From assembly GCF_027921745.1 (NCBI RefSeq), contig NC_079240.1, forward strand, positions 372,001 through 436,000: a stretch of DNA of 64,000 nucleotides, read 5' to 3'. Made by a program: the position numbers and the translations under genes. Source of the stretch: Schizosaccharomyces osmophilus. Lineage: Eukaryota. The notes beneath the pieces are model-generated. The model was given only the letters and a program-made list of their open reading frames with translations, ran no database searches and was not told the DNA's origin. Within the stretch, counting starts at the first letter, position 1, and every line of letters begins with the position of its first letter. Shown here piece after piece: positions 35,358-49,002 of the stretch.

Positions 35358-36305
35358 CTATTGTTAGATTGTTTTAAGTTTTATTGATTATCATTTTGAT
35401 GGTTTATTGTGCTTACTATTATTGTTTTCTTTTTTTTTGTTTGGTTCTTTAATGAAGGGCCTTTGCATTCGTGATAACTTATTCAAATCCACCGATTGTG
35501 AGCGAATATTATAACAATCCCGCTATTTCTATTTACTCGTATCCTGTATCCATTGGGTTTATGATGTGCGTGTGTGTTTCGGAAGAGCTTTTGATGGCAG
35601 GTACAAAAGTAGTTTAAAGCGGCCGTACGTTTGGAACTCTTTGCCTTGTTCGTCTTAAGAGGGTTTACTCTGTCTACACAAATTGCAATTAGCTTTTTTT
35701 TGGCGACTGGCAAAATCAAAATTCATTGTCATTTATTTACGCTACTTTTAGAATCACGTATGATCGTTTTTATATACAGGATAAACCTTTTCTGCGTATT
35801 TTTTCCAGCTTTTCTTTTAGCATTCAGCATTGAACATATAATCCCAAACTTGCTTTGTCTTGTATATTTCACGTTCCCCATAAAAGCGTTTCTATCCCTA
35901 TTAAACAACAAAAAAGTATTATGTACACAATATTCTTGACAGCGTTGTAGCATTCGTGCATTAAAAGGATTAAAACAGCGAGTTTTTTTTTATTGTCCTT
36001 GTAAACAAACCATGTCTTATGCCATTTCTTTTGGTTTTATCGGATCTCTTCTAGATTCGCTTCTCTACACCTTGTTTCATCACCAAATACGTCTCCGTGT
36101 ATATATTATATAGACATGGGTGCCTATTGACTACCTACGTTTAATGCTCTCTCAACCTGAAAAAACAAAACAAACAAAACGCGTATAAATCTAAAGGATT
36201 TAATCGCTTTCTCCTCGTTGCATGAAAAAGTAGTTTCTGCTTCTCGGTTTTTTTGGTCCTTTTTTGTCATTCTTCGTTTCTTTCTCGATTCGCATCGTTT
36301 CCATC

Positions 36306-37640
36306 ATGCTGCTTTCGTGTGGTTTGAGTGCCCTGCTGTTTGCAGGAGCATGCGTTGCTTCTATTCCACGCAACGCGGATACGCGTTTCGGCGGTATAAA
36401 AAAAATGGGTAATTTCTACAACTGCTAACAGAAAAGGAGCCTTTGTCAATTATTCCCGTTGATGAACCCAGTGTCTTCAACTTTTTCTCTTGTAAAATGT
36501 TGAATCCTACCAATGATGAATGGGAGCCGGCGTATTCCAAACTCCTATTGAGAAAAAAATGTACATGGAACGGTTCACTACCGTCCTGTTTGGCACCGAA
36601 ACTTAGTACAAACTTTTAGATATGCCTTTGATGGTTATCAAGACTTTGGTTCCACTGAATGGTAACTTTTGCAACCATTCCCTTTCATACTATGGTAAGT
36701 CAGAATACACCATGAAGGTAAGAGAGCCAGGCCTATATTGCTTTCTTGGATATCAAAAGGTCGATACAACTGAAGAAGAATCTGGCCCTCTTATGTACTT
36801 CCAAAACAAATCCGGTGAGGACAAATATAACAAATCAAGAAGTCAATTATTCTTCCTTTTTTCAGTGATTTCCAGTTTCGCAGGTTTATATGCGCTCATT
36901 TATTGGCTTTACAACGTCGGACTTCTTAACTTTAGTGCTCTACTAGGATTAATTTGGTACTTTACATGTCTTGTAAATACCGTATAGAAGCATACGTTAA
37001 TTATAAACAGTGATCCTGCCCAGAACCGGTCCTTTTGGTATCCATATCGTCTACCATTTTTGGGTGATGCAATTGAAAAGGCGTTATTTGATTCGATGAT
37101 TGTGGCTTCTGCGCTTAGTTTGGGAATGTTGTTGCGAAGGTTCAAGAAAACAAGTTTTATCGGTGTTATTACTTTTTCAGGTTGTTGCACCTCTATTATT
37201 TCCTATTCTTTTTTTTTAAGGGATCTTCGAAGGTATTGCTCTTGAGAATTGCATGGATGATATAAAAGTTTAGCTATCTTCCCTTCATGGCAATGATTAG
37301 CATTGCTTTAGTAAACCGAAAGCAACTTAAAACGTAGCACGCCTTGAGCAATCGGCAAATACTTGAGTTAGTGTGCTGTATAATTCCACCGTTTGTATGG
37401 GCCGGTGGGCTTCCTTTCAGATATGAAAAGTGAGAACATGAGATTATAGAATATGTGGTTCTTTGGCCATCTTTTTCCAGCTGATCTTTTCCTGTGAAAT
37501 TATTTAAAAGAATACAAGAATCTTCACCAGACCGCAAAGAGATCACCGACAGCGATTTGCCTATGGTCGAAAAAGTCCAAGATTTATACCTATTGCCTTT
37601 TACTTCATTACTTCTCTTTCCGTCATTCTTTTATTGTTAA
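36306..37640 (+). pseudogene. Degenerate multi-exon gene for a signal-peptide plus multi-TM protein, GOST/Ptm1 (GPR107/TMEM87)-like
   Basis: ATG 36306 starts a signal peptide (MLLSCGLSALLFAGACVAS). Putative introns: 36394-36431, 36561-36619, 36957-37010, 37233-37273. Lumenal motif 'YTMKVREPGLYCF' is followed by TM helices. In-frame stops at 36985, 37335, 37431 and 37482; branch sites are weak. Confidence 0.5.
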
Positions 37641-37989
37641 CACTCTTATTTATTTAATAATCATTTTATAGGTATCGCTTCGGACAAATTGAAGCATCTC
37701 TATACCTCGTGTGAAACTATAATACTATAAAGATAAATAATATTGAAGAAATTGAAATTTACTGAAAAGGAAGTATAGTAGACATCAACCAAGACTATAA
37801 AGGACCTTTGTTTGCGACATTGGAGAAAGAAACAAAAAGACTAAGCTAACTTATACTCAAAAATACTTTCAACTGAAGAGGCTCATAGACGATAAGAGGC
37901 TTTATTAGTTACGAAGATCATGGAGTAAAAATTTGTATAGCATTCTAATTTGTATTTCCACTGTTAGGCTTTTTTTTCAAGAGTATTCA

Positions 37990-38940
37990 TTAGCTCTCAA
38001 ACTGCCGCCTTTCAGCAGGAAAACGAGAAAATCGTTTCAATGGAGAATTGGTTTCCCTAGGAACCGAAGAGGCAAGAGAGTGTCGGTTTCCTCTCCGGTA
38101 TGTGAAAAGAGGACTACCGGGAGTTTTAGGACTGCGAACAGAGGGAGAGGTTTTGTGTTCCAAAAACGCATCGATTGGTCGTCTTGGGGAATAATATTCA
38201 ACTGCAGCACTCACTGGACCATAACTAGTATTTGTAGCAACATCTCTTTTTGCAACGGAAAGTCGAGGTTCAACAAACTTTTTATCATACTCATAAAAAA
38301 CTTGCTGATGAAGGCAATCCTTATCCTTCATCATATCTACAAATTTCCTAGCAATGAAAAATAGCAGAAGAGAAAATATGACGCTCAAAAGAATAATTTT
38401 AGGAGACTGAATGTAAACCCATAGAATAAATAGATGAATAGGAGAAAAAAGACATGAAAAATAAAGAGAGAATCTGTTGGGGGACCAAACAATCAGTTCA
38501 AAACATTTGTTTTCATTTTCACTGGGTTCCAATTGAGCAGATCGTAAACCGGGCGTTGTTTGAACATTCTTATCAGGTTGCGGGAGTGTTCTGTACGTCT
38601 TTTTTTGGAAATAAAAGCAACTCAGGATATTGATGATACTGAAAACAACAAGGCATAATGAAAAGAATGAAAGAAACCCTCTAAACCAAGAATTCGTAGC
38701 CTTGGCTGATTTGGCTCCCACAAAGAGTTGACTACGATTCAATCGCAGCTTGGTGTTTTCTAGGTATGCACGTATAAAGATAAATAGTATATTTGACACT
38801 AGACTCAAAGGAATGGACCATCTCTCAGAAACCTTGTCCCATTCCACGCTGTCAAAGTCTTCAGAGACGGAAATAAAAACGTTAATAGGGAAATTCAGAA
38901 TTCTGGATGTAAGTGATGAGCGACGAATTAACTTTGCCAT
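37990..38940 (-). CDS. nur1: Nuclear rim protein Nur1/Mug154
   Basis: MAKLIRR start, TM segments, 'LFSPIH', 'LHQQVFYEYDKKFVEPRL..KRDVATNT'. Confidence 0.85.
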   Translation of the reverse strand: MAKLIRRSSLTSRILNFPINVFISVSEDFDSVEWDKVSERWSIPLSLVSNILFIFIRAYLENTKLRLNRSQLFVGAKSAKATNSWFRGFLSFFSLCLVVFSIINILSCFYFQKKTYRTLPQPDKNVQTTPGLRSAQLEPSENENKCFELIVWSPNRFSLYFSCLFSPIHLFILWVYIQSPKIILLSVIFSLLLFFIARKFVDMMKDKDCLHQQVFYEYDKKFVEPRLSVAKRDVATNTSYGPVSAAVEYYSPRRPIDAFLEHKTSPSVRSPKTPGSPLFTYRRGNRHSLASSVPRETNSPLKRFSRFPAERRQFES

Positions 38941-39769
38941 TTCTAATGATATTTTATAGAAACTCGGTCGAAGTTATTCTCAACCTTCTTCAGTTGTGCA
39001 AGGTATTCAATGAATGATTTCAACGACAAAATATCTTTATTTTTGGGAAAACACAGTTGCTTTTAAATGCAAAATGAATTTGCAGTCAACAAAACAACTT
39101 ATTTCCAACTTTCAAACCACGTTAATTTGCCAAGTAGTATTAAGAATTCATTAACTGTGTCTCTCTATTCAGTTTTCTTCTCCTGGTTCAATGTTGTCAA
39201 GCTCAAAGGTAAACTCGTGCCTAACTGCTAAACTTGGTGTATTGTACGTACCTTACTACAACTCTAGTCCATACCAATACTTCACTTGAACTATTGCATA
39301 TCCTCTTCTGCAATCTGCAAGAATTGAAAAACAAATAAAAGGCTGTACTATATCCAATATCAGTTAGAAATTTGACTATTTCTGAATTTAAGGTAATTGC
39401 AGCTTGCTTGACGTTAATTCTGTTTATTATAAGCAATTTGTTAAACATTTCCATTTGTATCGTTCTGAAGCCTCTATAAACATTAAAGGAGACGTTATTT
39501 ATTACAGAGAAAAGACGACGGGTCGAGAGGTCTTTTTTATTCTGCGTTTTTATGTTTTTGGGTTACTCACGATTTTACGATTTGTCTGTCTGTGTATTTT
39601 GCATTTGACTTGTTTTATTTCATGGTTTTTTGAATACAAAACTATCTGTTTTGTTTATGAGTGTATTTGGTATACTGGAAATCAGGGTTTGAATTTTCCA
39701 ATGTGATTTTGTTGATTATGCAGAAAATATTTTATTTCAGTAAAGACAGTAAAGAAACACAGGTCCAAT

Positions 39770-41866
39770 ATGTCTAGTGCAAGAAGTACCCGCAGTAGGA
39801 GTACTGCAATGAAAAGAGAATTGGAGAAATCACATAATGAAAATAGTCGAAAGGCTCCAAGGAATGATAATGAATCTCGGCAAACTAGAGGTCGTTCCAA
39901 GAAACAGAATCAAGAGTCTACAAAAGGTGATCAACCTACCTCTAATGAAGAAATAGAAACAGGGACCAAACCTGACAAAGAGGAAATAAAGGAAAACGAA
40001 AATGCCTTCGGTCTTCTGTCAGCAAATGATACTCCTTCACCAGGTGAGCAGAGTGACAAAAACTCATCAGGAACTTCCGACCAGGAAGATGAATCGGATG
40101 AGGATGCTGACATATGGGAGCAAGTTGATCTGAAACCGAACCATGATGAGAAAAAGAATGAAGAGAAGGATGTCCATGTAAGTACTTCAAGCGTAACGCC
40201 TTCTCTCAATATAAATAAGAAACGATCTTCTGGTGTAGTTGAAAAAGCGATCCGTTTTTCTATACATGTCATGCACACATGTTGCTTATTTTACCATGGA
40301 TTACGTCGCAACCAATGGTGTTGTCAACAAGAGCTTATGGAATCTTTGCTTGACAAAGCTTCAGATGAGCGTCCTTCAATAATAGAAGATTGGATTAAAA
40401 GTGAAAAAACACACGATGATTTATTGATGCTCGTTAATGGATTACGGACTTGGTGGCAGAAAAAATTCAACATAACCAAGCATGGACTAAGAAAGTTGGG
40501 GTATCGTGATTTTAAACAAGGTTTTGAGCTTGATTTTGAACCTGAATTTATTGAAAACGAAAAGGATTTTATGGAAAAAATCCTTTCATTTACTGGGAGC
40601 CGTGATTTATCTGCTCAAGGCTTCACCGCTTTATGCCGATCATTGCAACTTAGCGTCCGTTTAATTTTTTCGCTTCAGCCTTTAACTTACTCCACTGCTT
40701 CTTATGATAACTGGTCTCAACATGTTCTCCCCGATGAGACTGCAAGCTCAGTTGATGGAGATCTTCGTTATCCTATATTCTGGACAGAAATTTATGACAA
40801 TGACCAAGATCGCTGGATAAGTGTTGATGCCGTTGTCTTAAGCGGAGTGTATACAAATGACATGTCCTGGTTTGAGCCCAAGGGAGCTTATGCTGAGTCT
40901 AAGCACTTACGTATGGGAATTGTTGTTGCGTACGAAGACGATTTTTATGCCAAGGATGTGACTCTGCGTTATGCTGATGTAGCGTCTAATCGCTGCAAAA
41001 AAATTCGTCAATACTCTTCACCAGAGAAAAAAGACGATGTATACGCGAAAATCCTTTCTCAGTTCTCAAAAAAGATAAAAGATAAAAAGGATTTGATGGA
41101 GGATCGTGAGCTTGAACAAAAAGCACCAGTGCGCGAGCTTAAAAGTATCGCTGATTATAAAAATCATCCAGACTTTATATTGAAACGACATCTTAAACGT
41201 GAAGAAGCAATACGGGATAATGTAAACCCAGTTGACAAAATTGTTTTTGGTTCAAAGAAGAATCCTATCCAAGAAGAGGTGTATCGTCGAGAGGACGTCC
41301 TGATTTGTAAAACACCAGAAAATTATCACAAGGAAGGTCGTGTAATTAAGCCAGGAGAACAGCCCCGAAAGATGGTGAAAGCGAGAGCAGTAACCATTAC
41401 AAGAAAGCGAGAGCATGAATCCAAATTTACAGAGTCCAGGGAGCCAGTCATGCAAGGATTGTATTCTTCGGATCAAACCGATTTATACATCCCACCCCCA
41501 ATACAAGATGGAAAGATTCCGAAAAATGGATATGGAAATATTGACTGTTTTGTTGAAAGCATGATTCCTCAAGGGGCGGTACATCTTCCATTTCGAGGAA
41601 TTGCTAAGATTGCCAAGAAGGTGAACGTCGATTACGCCGAAGCGGTTACAGGCTTTGAGTTTCGAAAGCATCGTGCCATTCCTGTAACGACAGGTATTAT
41701 TGTTCCAGAAGAATTTGCTTCTAAGGTGCTAGAGGAATTTCGTGAGTATCAAAAGGAAATGTTAGAAAAACAACTTGCAAAAGAACGCAAAACTGCTATT
41801 GGATTGTGGAAGCATATGATCAATGGACTACGGATTCGGAAACGAATCACTGAAGATTATGGCTAG
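39770..41866 (+). CDS. rhp42: XPC/Rad4-family NER damage-recognition protein
   Basis: [68 protein letters not shown]. Confidence 0.9.
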   Translation: MSSARSTRSRSTAMKRELEKSHNENSRKAPRNDNESRQTRGRSKKQNQESTKGDQPTSNEEIETGTKPDKEEIKENENAFGLLSANDTPSPGEQSDKNSSGTSDQEDESDEDADIWEQVDLKPNHDEKKNEEKDVHVSTSSVTPSLNINKKRSSGVVEKAIRFSIHVMHTCCLFYHGLRRNQWCCQQELMESLLDKASDERPSIIEDWIKSEKTHDDLLMLVNGLRTWWQKKFNITKHGLRKLGYRDFKQGFELDFEPEFIENEKDFMEKILSFTGSRDLSAQGFTALCRSLQLSVRLIFSLQPLTYSTASYDNWSQHVLPDETASSVDGDLRYPIFWTEIYDNDQDRWISVDAVVLSGVYTNDMSWFEPKGAYAESKHLRMGIVVAYEDDFYAKDVTLRYADVASNRCKKIRQYSSPEKKDDVYAKILSQFSKKIKDKKDLMEDRELEQKAPVRELKSIADYKNHPDFILKRHLKREEAIRDNVNPVDKIVFGSKKNPIQEEVYRREDVLICKTPENYHKEGRVIKPGEQPRKMVKARAVTITRKREHESKFTESREPVMQGLYSSDQTDLYIPPPIQDGKIPKNGYGNIDCFVESMIPQGAVHLPFRGIAKIAKKVNVDYAEAVTGFEFRKHRAIPVTTGIIVPEEFASKVLEEFREYQKEMLEKQLAKERKTAIGLWKHMINGLRIRKRITEDYG

Positions 41867-42427
41867 GTTTAATATCTCAATTTATACGATTTTATACGAA
41901 GTCGCTTCGTTTCTTTTTAGTCAGTTTTCATTGTGAATCTATATATATTGCATGATATTCCCTTCAACTTCGAAAATTGATTTTAGTAGATAGCCGCTTA
42001 TTTATATAAGTTCATGAGTGGCGTTGGACATATTGCTTTTTATTCTAGTAGTAGCTTCCTAAATTGGTAATTATATATGTTTATATACATATAACATTGA
42101 ATTTAAAATGTCAATTAAAAAAGTAAGGGTAGGGCATATTTGACCGGGGTCGTCAAGTTTATGATACAAGCTGTCGTTTACCAGCTACATGAATTATTGA
42201 AAACAACAAAGTTTAGCAGACAGAGACCTTTTTCTATTCAAATTTTAGAAAAATTTTAACGGAAAATTTAATTGTTATCAATTACGCATGCAATTGATTG
42301 ATTGTATTTTATGAGGACGCGGAAAAGCTGAAAGAAACACAGGTAGACGTAAGGACGAACGATAGTTTGAACATTTTCGCATGTCAGATTACTCCAAAAC
42401 GGAAATCTACTAGCTATAGTATTAAAA

Positions 42428-44353
42428 ATGAGCGATACTACTGACCTCATGGGGCTTTCCAGGAATTCGAGCAAGGAGGATCAAGCTATATTGTCGGATG
42501 AGTCTTCAGCATTTCAGAGCCATGATAGTTCAAAACTTTCATCAGACTTTGAGTTAGAAGACGTTTTAGACCTATATAATGATACCACTGATGATGCCGA
42601 TGACACAGAGGACACTGGTCCTTATATGCTTTCGCCGTCTTCAAGCATTTCCAGCCAGGGTAGCAAGGATCTGAATTCGTTTATTTATCCTATTTACCGA
42701 CGTCAACATAATAAGGCTAAGGGAAACGAAGGTGAAAATGAGGGAGAGAGTGATTTTGACACAGTTGTATCAAACGATCATGAAGTTTACTCTACTTGTG
42801 GCTTCATTACAGACGATTCAACAAAAACAGATCTTCCAAGTCTTTCAAAGAATAACTTGGGCGAGAATGTGAGGTTGTCGTGGGAGCTTTCGGAGAATAA
42901 TGACTCATTGGCGATGAATGAATTTGCAGCTACTAACCATGATCATTTTTCCTCCAAGACTTCCACTAAGACTAATTTTACGATTAAATATAATGACGAT
43001 AAAAAAGATTTCTCCTCTAAGATTTATAGTGACAACCTTACGTTTAAAATTAACTCTATTAATTGCGATATCAAAAATGATAATGGACCGCTTTCTCAAA
43101 CATTTCGGTGCTTTAATAAATTTAAACAATCCCATTCTGAGTGGGACATGTATGGGTTTAAAAAAAAAGGTCAGTTCACGTCTACTGATCAGTATGATTC
43201 CTGGTTCGAAGTATACAGTCAATATTTGAAACGACGTGAACAAAAGTGGAAGCTATTACTAGCTGAAAATGGAATTGATTATTCCGAGGGTACCCCCGAT
43301 ATATTTCCTAGTCGTAGTGCTAAGGTACAAAGGTTTATACGGAAAGGAATTCCGTACGACTTTCGTGGAAATGCTTGGTTTTATTACAGTGGCGGGTATG
43401 AACTTTGTCAACGAAACCCCAAGCTATATGAGACATTATGGAGATGTTCTTGCGTTCGCAAGCCTTCTGATTCTGAGTTGATTGAACGTGACTTATACCG
43501 AACATTCCCAGATAACATATATTTTCGTAGTAAACCGGATCAGCCTTTGGACCCCACGGGTGCACCTGAACAGGACTCTGGTATTATTATGATTGCAAAA
43601 CTTCGCCGTGTTCTCATGTCATTTGCTACGTATCTTCCAGAGAATGGCTATTGTCAAAGTCTTAACTTCCTTGCTGGGTTTTTTCTGTTATTTATGAGTG
43701 AGGAGAAGGCATTTTGGATGCTTGTTATTACATGTCGAAAATATTTGCCTAGAATGCACGATGCTAATCTCGAAGGTGCAAATATCGATCAAAGCGTTTT
43801 AATGGCTTCTGTACGGGAAAGTCTCCCTGCTGTTTGGAGCCGTATTAATTTAAACTTTGATGGTATGCCTGTCAATGATATTGTTGCAAAGCTACCCCCT
43901 ATTACCCTTGTTACGGCTGCCTGGTTTATGAGTGCTTTTGTAGGTGTTTTGCCAACTGAAACAGCTCTTCGCATATGGGATTGCTTTTTTTATGAGGGAA
44001 GCAAAGTTTTATTTATGACTGCTTTATGTATATTGCGTTTAGGGGAGGATGAAATAAAATCGAAAAATGAACAAACCGATGTGTTTCAGGTTATTCAGGA
44101 TCTTCCTAAATCCTTATTAGATGCCAATGCTTTTGTATCATTGCTGTTTCGTCGGAATTTTCGAAGGAGTCCATCACAAAAAGACATAGACCGCAGGCGC
44201 CAGAAAATTGCAAAGAAACGGAGGAAAACAGTGACTCAGGTAGAACGTCAGGAAGCCGAAATACCAACTCCTGCTCTGACTAGATCTTCTTCGCGCTTCA
44301 AAGGCTCTCATTTGATTTCGCAACTACAAAATCATCTTAAAAAAGCATCGTAG
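42428..44353 (+). CDS. gyp3: TBC-domain Rab GAP (Msb3/Gyp3 family)
   Basis: [22 protein letters not shown] (Arg finger), GYCQSLNF (Gln finger), ETALRIWD. Confidence 0.9.
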   Translation: MSDTTDLMGLSRNSSKEDQAILSDESSAFQSHDSSKLSSDFELEDVLDLYNDTTDDADDTEDTGPYMLSPSSSISSQGSKDLNSFIYPIYRRQHNKAKGNEGENEGESDFDTVVSNDHEVYSTCGFITDDSTKTDLPSLSKNNLGENVRLSWELSENNDSLAMNEFAATNHDHFSSKTSTKTNFTIKYNDDKKDFSSKIYSDNLTFKINSINCDIKNDNGPLSQTFRCFNKFKQSHSEWDMYGFKKKGQFTSTDQYDSWFEVYSQYLKRREQKWKLLLAENGIDYSEGTPDIFPSRSAKVQRFIRKGIPYDFRGNAWFYYSGGYELCQRNPKLYETLWRCSCVRKPSDSELIERDLYRTFPDNIYFRSKPDQPLDPTGAPEQDSGIIMIAKLRRVLMSFATYLPENGYCQSLNFLAGFFLLFMSEEKAFWMLVITCRKYLPRMHDANLEGANIDQSVLMASVRESLPAVWSRINLNFDGMPVNDIVAKLPPITLVTAAWFMSAFVGVLPTETALRIWDCFFYEGSKVLFMTALCILRLGEDEIKSKNEQTDVFQVIQDLPKSLLDANAFVSLLFRRNFRRSPSQKDIDRRRQKIAKKRRKTVTQVERQEAEIPTPALTRSSSRFKGSHLISQLQNHLKKAS

Positions 44354-44996
44354 CATATATCTTATGATATGATATGAATGCTTGGTATGTGTCTTTCGTT
44401 CCTTGTTTTTTTCTATATTTTATCTTCTCAGTTTTTTTTTTGTTTTGGTTTTTACCTTCATTATACCGAATATTACAGGTTGGCTGTTACATCTTTGAAA
44501 TCTATCTAACTTGTATTATCTATTATGTTATACGAACTAACAGTATATATTATTCACTCGTTTATTATCTGGAAATCCATTGTGGTTTATTTTTATTTTT
44601 ATTTTCAAACTTCTCATCTCGTATATATTTTATAAATATATATATATATATATATCAAGCTACTGTAGATTAATTTTATTTTCCCTTAATCTTAACCCTG
44701 CTTAAGTATTAGCTGTATAAATATGTATTAAAGTGTAATTAGAAATCAAACATTAAAGAGCAGAGAACGATAACGTGGGTAAAAGAAGTAGTTAAAGCAA
44801 ACACTTCGTAGAAAGGAAAGACAAAAAAATAAGGACACTGAAAGTTCAACATCCAATTAACTCAAACATATTCCCGAAATCCTTTTTTTCAGAGACAGCA
44901 TGGGTATAACTGCTCTCTGGTAATGTTAATGAAACAAACGAGTAGCAAACAAGAAAGGCTGGATAACAACTGAAGGATTATGAACACAATAAGATA

Positions 44997-46262
44997 CTAA
45001 TTATGATTAATGAAATTTGGAGAAGCAACATAAGTGAAGCCTCGAAAAGCAGAGGAATGGCTACCAACTGGAAAATTATCAGAACATATAGGAGTGACTG
45101 AGATGGGCATTTTTGTAAATTCCTCTGAAAAGTTTTCAGCAGCTGCAGGATCTGTTATGCAAGGAATGATTGGGGGAGGTAATTCGCGACTTTCTAATTT
45201 TTCCCAGTTTATTTTTCTGTACATTCTATGCTTCTTGATGGCTTCATAGTCAGTAGCGGTATTTTTAGCACCAAGGCGTTGCTGCGGGTTTTTCTTTAAA
45301 TATTTATTGATCAAATCACGCGCATCAGGAGAGACATAGAAGGGTATATTTGCTTTTGTACGAACAATTTTCTCCATGATCTTTTTATGGTTATTTGCCG
45401 TGAACGGGGGAGAGCCAACAAGCAGGTCGTGAATTAAGATACCCATTGACCACCAGTCGACAGCGTAATCATATGGCTGTTCAAGCAAAATTTCAGGCGC
45501 ACAGTACTCCTCTGTACCGACAAAAGAATGACAATTTGTACCTGATTCTGCAACCTTGGAAAGCCCAAAGTCAGTTAACAGGACGTGACCTTCAGCATCC
45601 AAAAGGCAATTTTCTGGCTTCAGGTCTCGGTATACTATACCAAGCTTATGCAAATGAATCAGAGCAGAAGTAAGTTCTGCTGTGTAGTAAGCAACGGCGT
45701 CCTCGGGCAACATTCTTTGTTCAGCCAAATGAGCAAACAGCTCTCCTCCTGGTGCGTATTGAAGAATCAAGTACAGACGATCCAAATCTTGAAAGGCATA
45801 ATACAATCGACAAATGAATGGATGTCGTACTTCCTCCAAAATTTGGCGCTCATTCTTGGTTTGTTGAAGCCCTTTTGCTCGAAGTACTATACTGGCTTTC
45901 TTTAACTGCTTTTGAGCGAACAAGCGGCCCGTTTGTCCTTGCTTGACCAGGAGGACTTTACCGTACGATCCTCTGCCAAGGACTGCGATAGGATGAAAAT
46001 CATTTGGATGCATTTTTTGATTTGGCACATAATTGTTATTGCGCTCTGAAACAAAGTCTCCATCTTCTCCCAATTTATACTCAACCGTATCTTCTTTTAT
46101 TTTCTTCTCTTCTTCTCCATTTCCATCAGAAATACAAAGATTTTTTAAGCTCAATGGGTCACAACCACCATCCATTCCTTCAACGACTTCGTCGTCGCTT
46201 GACAACTCAGAGTGCGCGTCCCCGTTTAAGCAGTCTTGCTCGTCGAATAAAAAAACTGGCAT
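44997..46262 (-). CDS. psk1: AGC-family ribosomal S6 kinase
   Basis: [36 protein letters not shown] and hydrophobic motif FRGFTYVA. Confidence 0.92.
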   Translation of the reverse strand: MPVFLFDEQDCLNGDAHSELSSDDEVVEGMDGGCDPLSLKNLCISDGNGEEEKKIKEDTVEYKLGEDGDFVSERNNNYVPNQKMHPNDFHPIAVLGRGSYGKVLLVKQGQTGRLFAQKQLKKASIVLRAKGLQQTKNERQILEEVRHPFICRLYYAFQDLDRLYLILQYAPGGELFAHLAEQRMLPEDAVAYYTAELTSALIHLHKLGIVYRDLKPENCLLDAEGHVLLTDFGLSKVAESGTNCHSFVGTEEYCAPEILLEQPYDYAVDWWSMGILIHDLLVGSPPFTANNHKKIMEKIVRTKANIPFYVSPDARDLINKYLKKNPQQRLGAKNTATDYEAIKKHRMYRKINWEKLESRELPPPIIPCITDPAAAENFSEEFTKMPISVTPICSDNFPVGSHSSAFRGFTYVASPNFINHN

Positions 46263-47083
46263 TCTAAACTAAGCAGCGCAAGACACTATAAGAGCAAATT
46301 CCCTTAAAAATGGGTATTCTTTGTTTTTATTGCGAGTTGTTAAAAGCAGTAAATTTTAACAACCAAAAGGTTTTAGTTGTTTATAGTCTCAATGATATTG
46401 ATTAGCGAGAGCTAATCAATATCTAAAAATTATCTAGGCGATTTTGATCAACGATCTAAGTTACAAAGTCAGGAACAAAACATGAAAACATAAATATAAA
46501 TATGTCTGTATGAAGCTTTGTTCAGCTTTATAGTAGCTATACTGTTTCACTTTAGTAGGAATAGGAGGGAAAGCAAAGGCACAGTTTGTGAGCTCAAAGG
46601 TATTCAATTGTACAAGGACCAAAATGGAGGTAGATAGGATCCTGGCAAAGTGCCTTGCATACTTTGCTGTGGCTTTTTCAATGAAAAGGCAATTTTCATT
46701 TGTAATTTTTTTCAAAAAAAAAAGACAAAGAAAACATAAAAACAATGCTCAATTTCTTCAAACTTTCGTATGCATTCCTTTTTCTTTTTCAACGGCTTAC
46801 CCGCGGTATGTGGATGGAACAACCGAGGGTAAAGACTGCCACGAAACTTATTCTTTTTGAATGAACACCATAATAGTTTGGCCATATAAGCTAAAAGGAA
46901 GAACGTAAACTAGATTTACAATTTTCTAGTTTTCCAGTGAATTTATTTCTTTTCGTGAAACTTCATAGAATCTATATACTGGTTTCTGATTGCCTCCGAC
47001 TTTTATTGCTCGCGTTCTTGACGTGTTTATGAAGAGTAAAGCGACGGGTTCATAGCATATGAATTATTTATTAGTCTGAGAAA

Positions 47084-48502
47084 ATGTCCGAAAGATATTT
47101 TTTTTCACATGAAAAAGAATATGATGTGAACGACTATGCAAACTTTCACTTCGGTACCGGAAACGACAATCATGCTTCCATATCTCAGAAAGAGAATCCT
47201 CAAAATTTAGCAGCTGAAAGAGATCCAAGTATACATCCGTCTTCCGTCGCCTCTACATCCTTAATTTCCGATGTCCCTCCCTTGAGTCCAAGCTTTCACA
47301 ATCTTCAGCAACATGTCTCTACCCCCTATGGTGAAATGGCTATGCCAATTCCTTCTTCTGCGGGTATGTCTGTAGTTGCTCCAGGAGGATCTGAAAATAA
47401 TGTGAATGAAGTTCCCATGGCTTTTAATAGAACTATCACACAGCCCAATGCAACTAGGTTGCGCGACACATCCTCTCGTTACCGATCATCTAATAGTTCT
47501 CGAAAACAAGCATATAACGAGGATGACTTGGGTGATGAGTCTGACTTGTCGAGCTCCATGTTACACGATGATTTTCAAGTTGAAGGCATGAAAACCAAGT
47601 CTGGCCGTAAGATTCAACGCCCCGTTACTTATAATCCGAGTGCTGCTTCTCTGAAAAAAAGAACGCGAAAGGCTGATTTGGTTTCACTCTGTGTTGTGTG
47701 CCATAGGGGCCATTCTCCGGTTTCTAACCAGCTGGTCTTCTGTGACGGGTGTAATAGTCCCTATCACCAGCTTTGTCATCAGCCTCTTATTGATGACATT
47801 ACAGTTCAGATTGAAGATTCTGAATGGTATTGCATGAACTGTCAGTACAGCCGGGCAAAGCAGTTTCCATTGGAGACAGGTGCTACTTCACAAATGTTAG
47901 GATTAGATGCTCAGCAAATGCGCGCATATTTTTTGAGCTTGCCTGTTCCACATTTAGTGGATTTGATATTGCTTTATGAGAAATCCTTTTCTGATTTACG
48001 TATTTACAGCCCTCAAACACGCGAAAACTTGGGTGAAATTCGCCGACAATTGCTTATAAGTGCTGAACGGAATCAAAGCGCCTTACAAGAAAAGAAAAAT
48101 GCCAAGCAAGATGAGATGACTTTAGACATTCCTCCTCTTGTGCCATACACTACAGAGTATGTATCCCGTTCTGGCATTCTTTATGATTATCCAACTATTT
48201 TACGACTCGCAGTACGCAATTTGGACTCTCCTTCAAAAGAAAATATTTTTGCTTGGATGTCTGATCATCTGCCTTTAATGACTTCGTTCCGCGAAAGTGC
48301 CTCCGATGCTCTTCGATGGATGGTTACCCATGGACAATTGGTTCGTTCAGGATATATTTATCAAATTACTAGTGTAGATGATTTTTCTCCGTTACGCCCT
48401 TCATTATTGCCCACATTTCAAAAAAGAAGAAAAGTTCAGAAAGTTATGCCGATATCTTATCCAACCGATGAACCTCAAAGCCTTTCTTTTACCGTACTTT
48501 AG
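47084..48502 (+). CDS. phf1: PHD-finger subunit of the Lsd1/Lsd2 complex
   Basis: KTKSGRKIQRP; PHD CVVC..LVFCDGCNSPYHQLCH..WYCMNC. Confidence 0.85.
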   Translation: MSERYFFSHEKEYDVNDYANFHFGTGNDNHASISQKENPQNLAAERDPSIHPSSVASTSLISDVPPLSPSFHNLQQHVSTPYGEMAMPIPSSAGMSVVAPGGSENNVNEVPMAFNRTITQPNATRLRDTSSRYRSSNSSRKQAYNEDDLGDESDLSSSMLHDDFQVEGMKTKSGRKIQRPVTYNPSAASLKKRTRKADLVSLCVVCHRGHSPVSNQLVFCDGCNSPYHQLCHQPLIDDITVQIEDSEWYCMNCQYSRAKQFPLETGATSQMLGLDAQQMRAYFLSLPVPHLVDLILLYEKSFSDLRIYSPQTRENLGEIRRQLLISAERNQSALQEKKNAKQDEMTLDIPPLVPYTTEYVSRSGILYDYPTILRLAVRNLDSPSKENIFAWMSDHLPLMTSFRESASDALRWMVTHGQLVRSGYIYQITSVDDFSPLRPSLLPTFQKRRKVQKVMPISYPTDEPQSLSFTVL

Positions 48503-49002
48503 TTTATTGGAAATATTAATGTATATTAAATTGTTTTGTCTTTGTTGCTTGAATCCTACATTCGAAATACGTATGTCGATAAATTATCATTACTGTCACC
48601 CATGACATCTGTGCTCTACCAAGACATTGTAAAAGCTTGTAAAATTTAGTTCTTTTGTCGTTTTCACTTAGTTTTTTTTCTCGTTCGTCCAGTTCCATAT
48701 AGGCATGATACAAAGACCCCTAAATGAAAGACTGAAAGAAAAGGATTTCTGCGCATCGAATGTTTTGAATAATTACTATTCTTTGTATCTGATTTTCTCA
48801 ACTTGAGATTGTCATCTGTGGATAGTTTTAACATTGAGTAACTGTTCGTCAACATTGAAACGGCAGAAAAAAAGATAAAACCCATTCATATTCATTAATG
48901 AAAATTTTTATCATAAAAATTAAATTATATCCCTACTAGAAACTGTGAATTCTGAGAGTACTCATCAACTTCTGACACACAACGCACGCACCAACTACCA
49001 AA

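Noticed and set aside
36306..37640. Possibility that the multi-exon TM locus is a wtf meiotic driver
   Set aside because: It has a cleavable-type signal peptide and a lumenal domain. I see no PY-motif exon 1, and no flanking 5S rDNA or LTR.
42126..42135. Homol E-like AGGGTAGGGC upstream of gyp3
   Set aside because: There is no accompanying Homol D box and gyp3 is not a ribosomal protein gene; likely chance.
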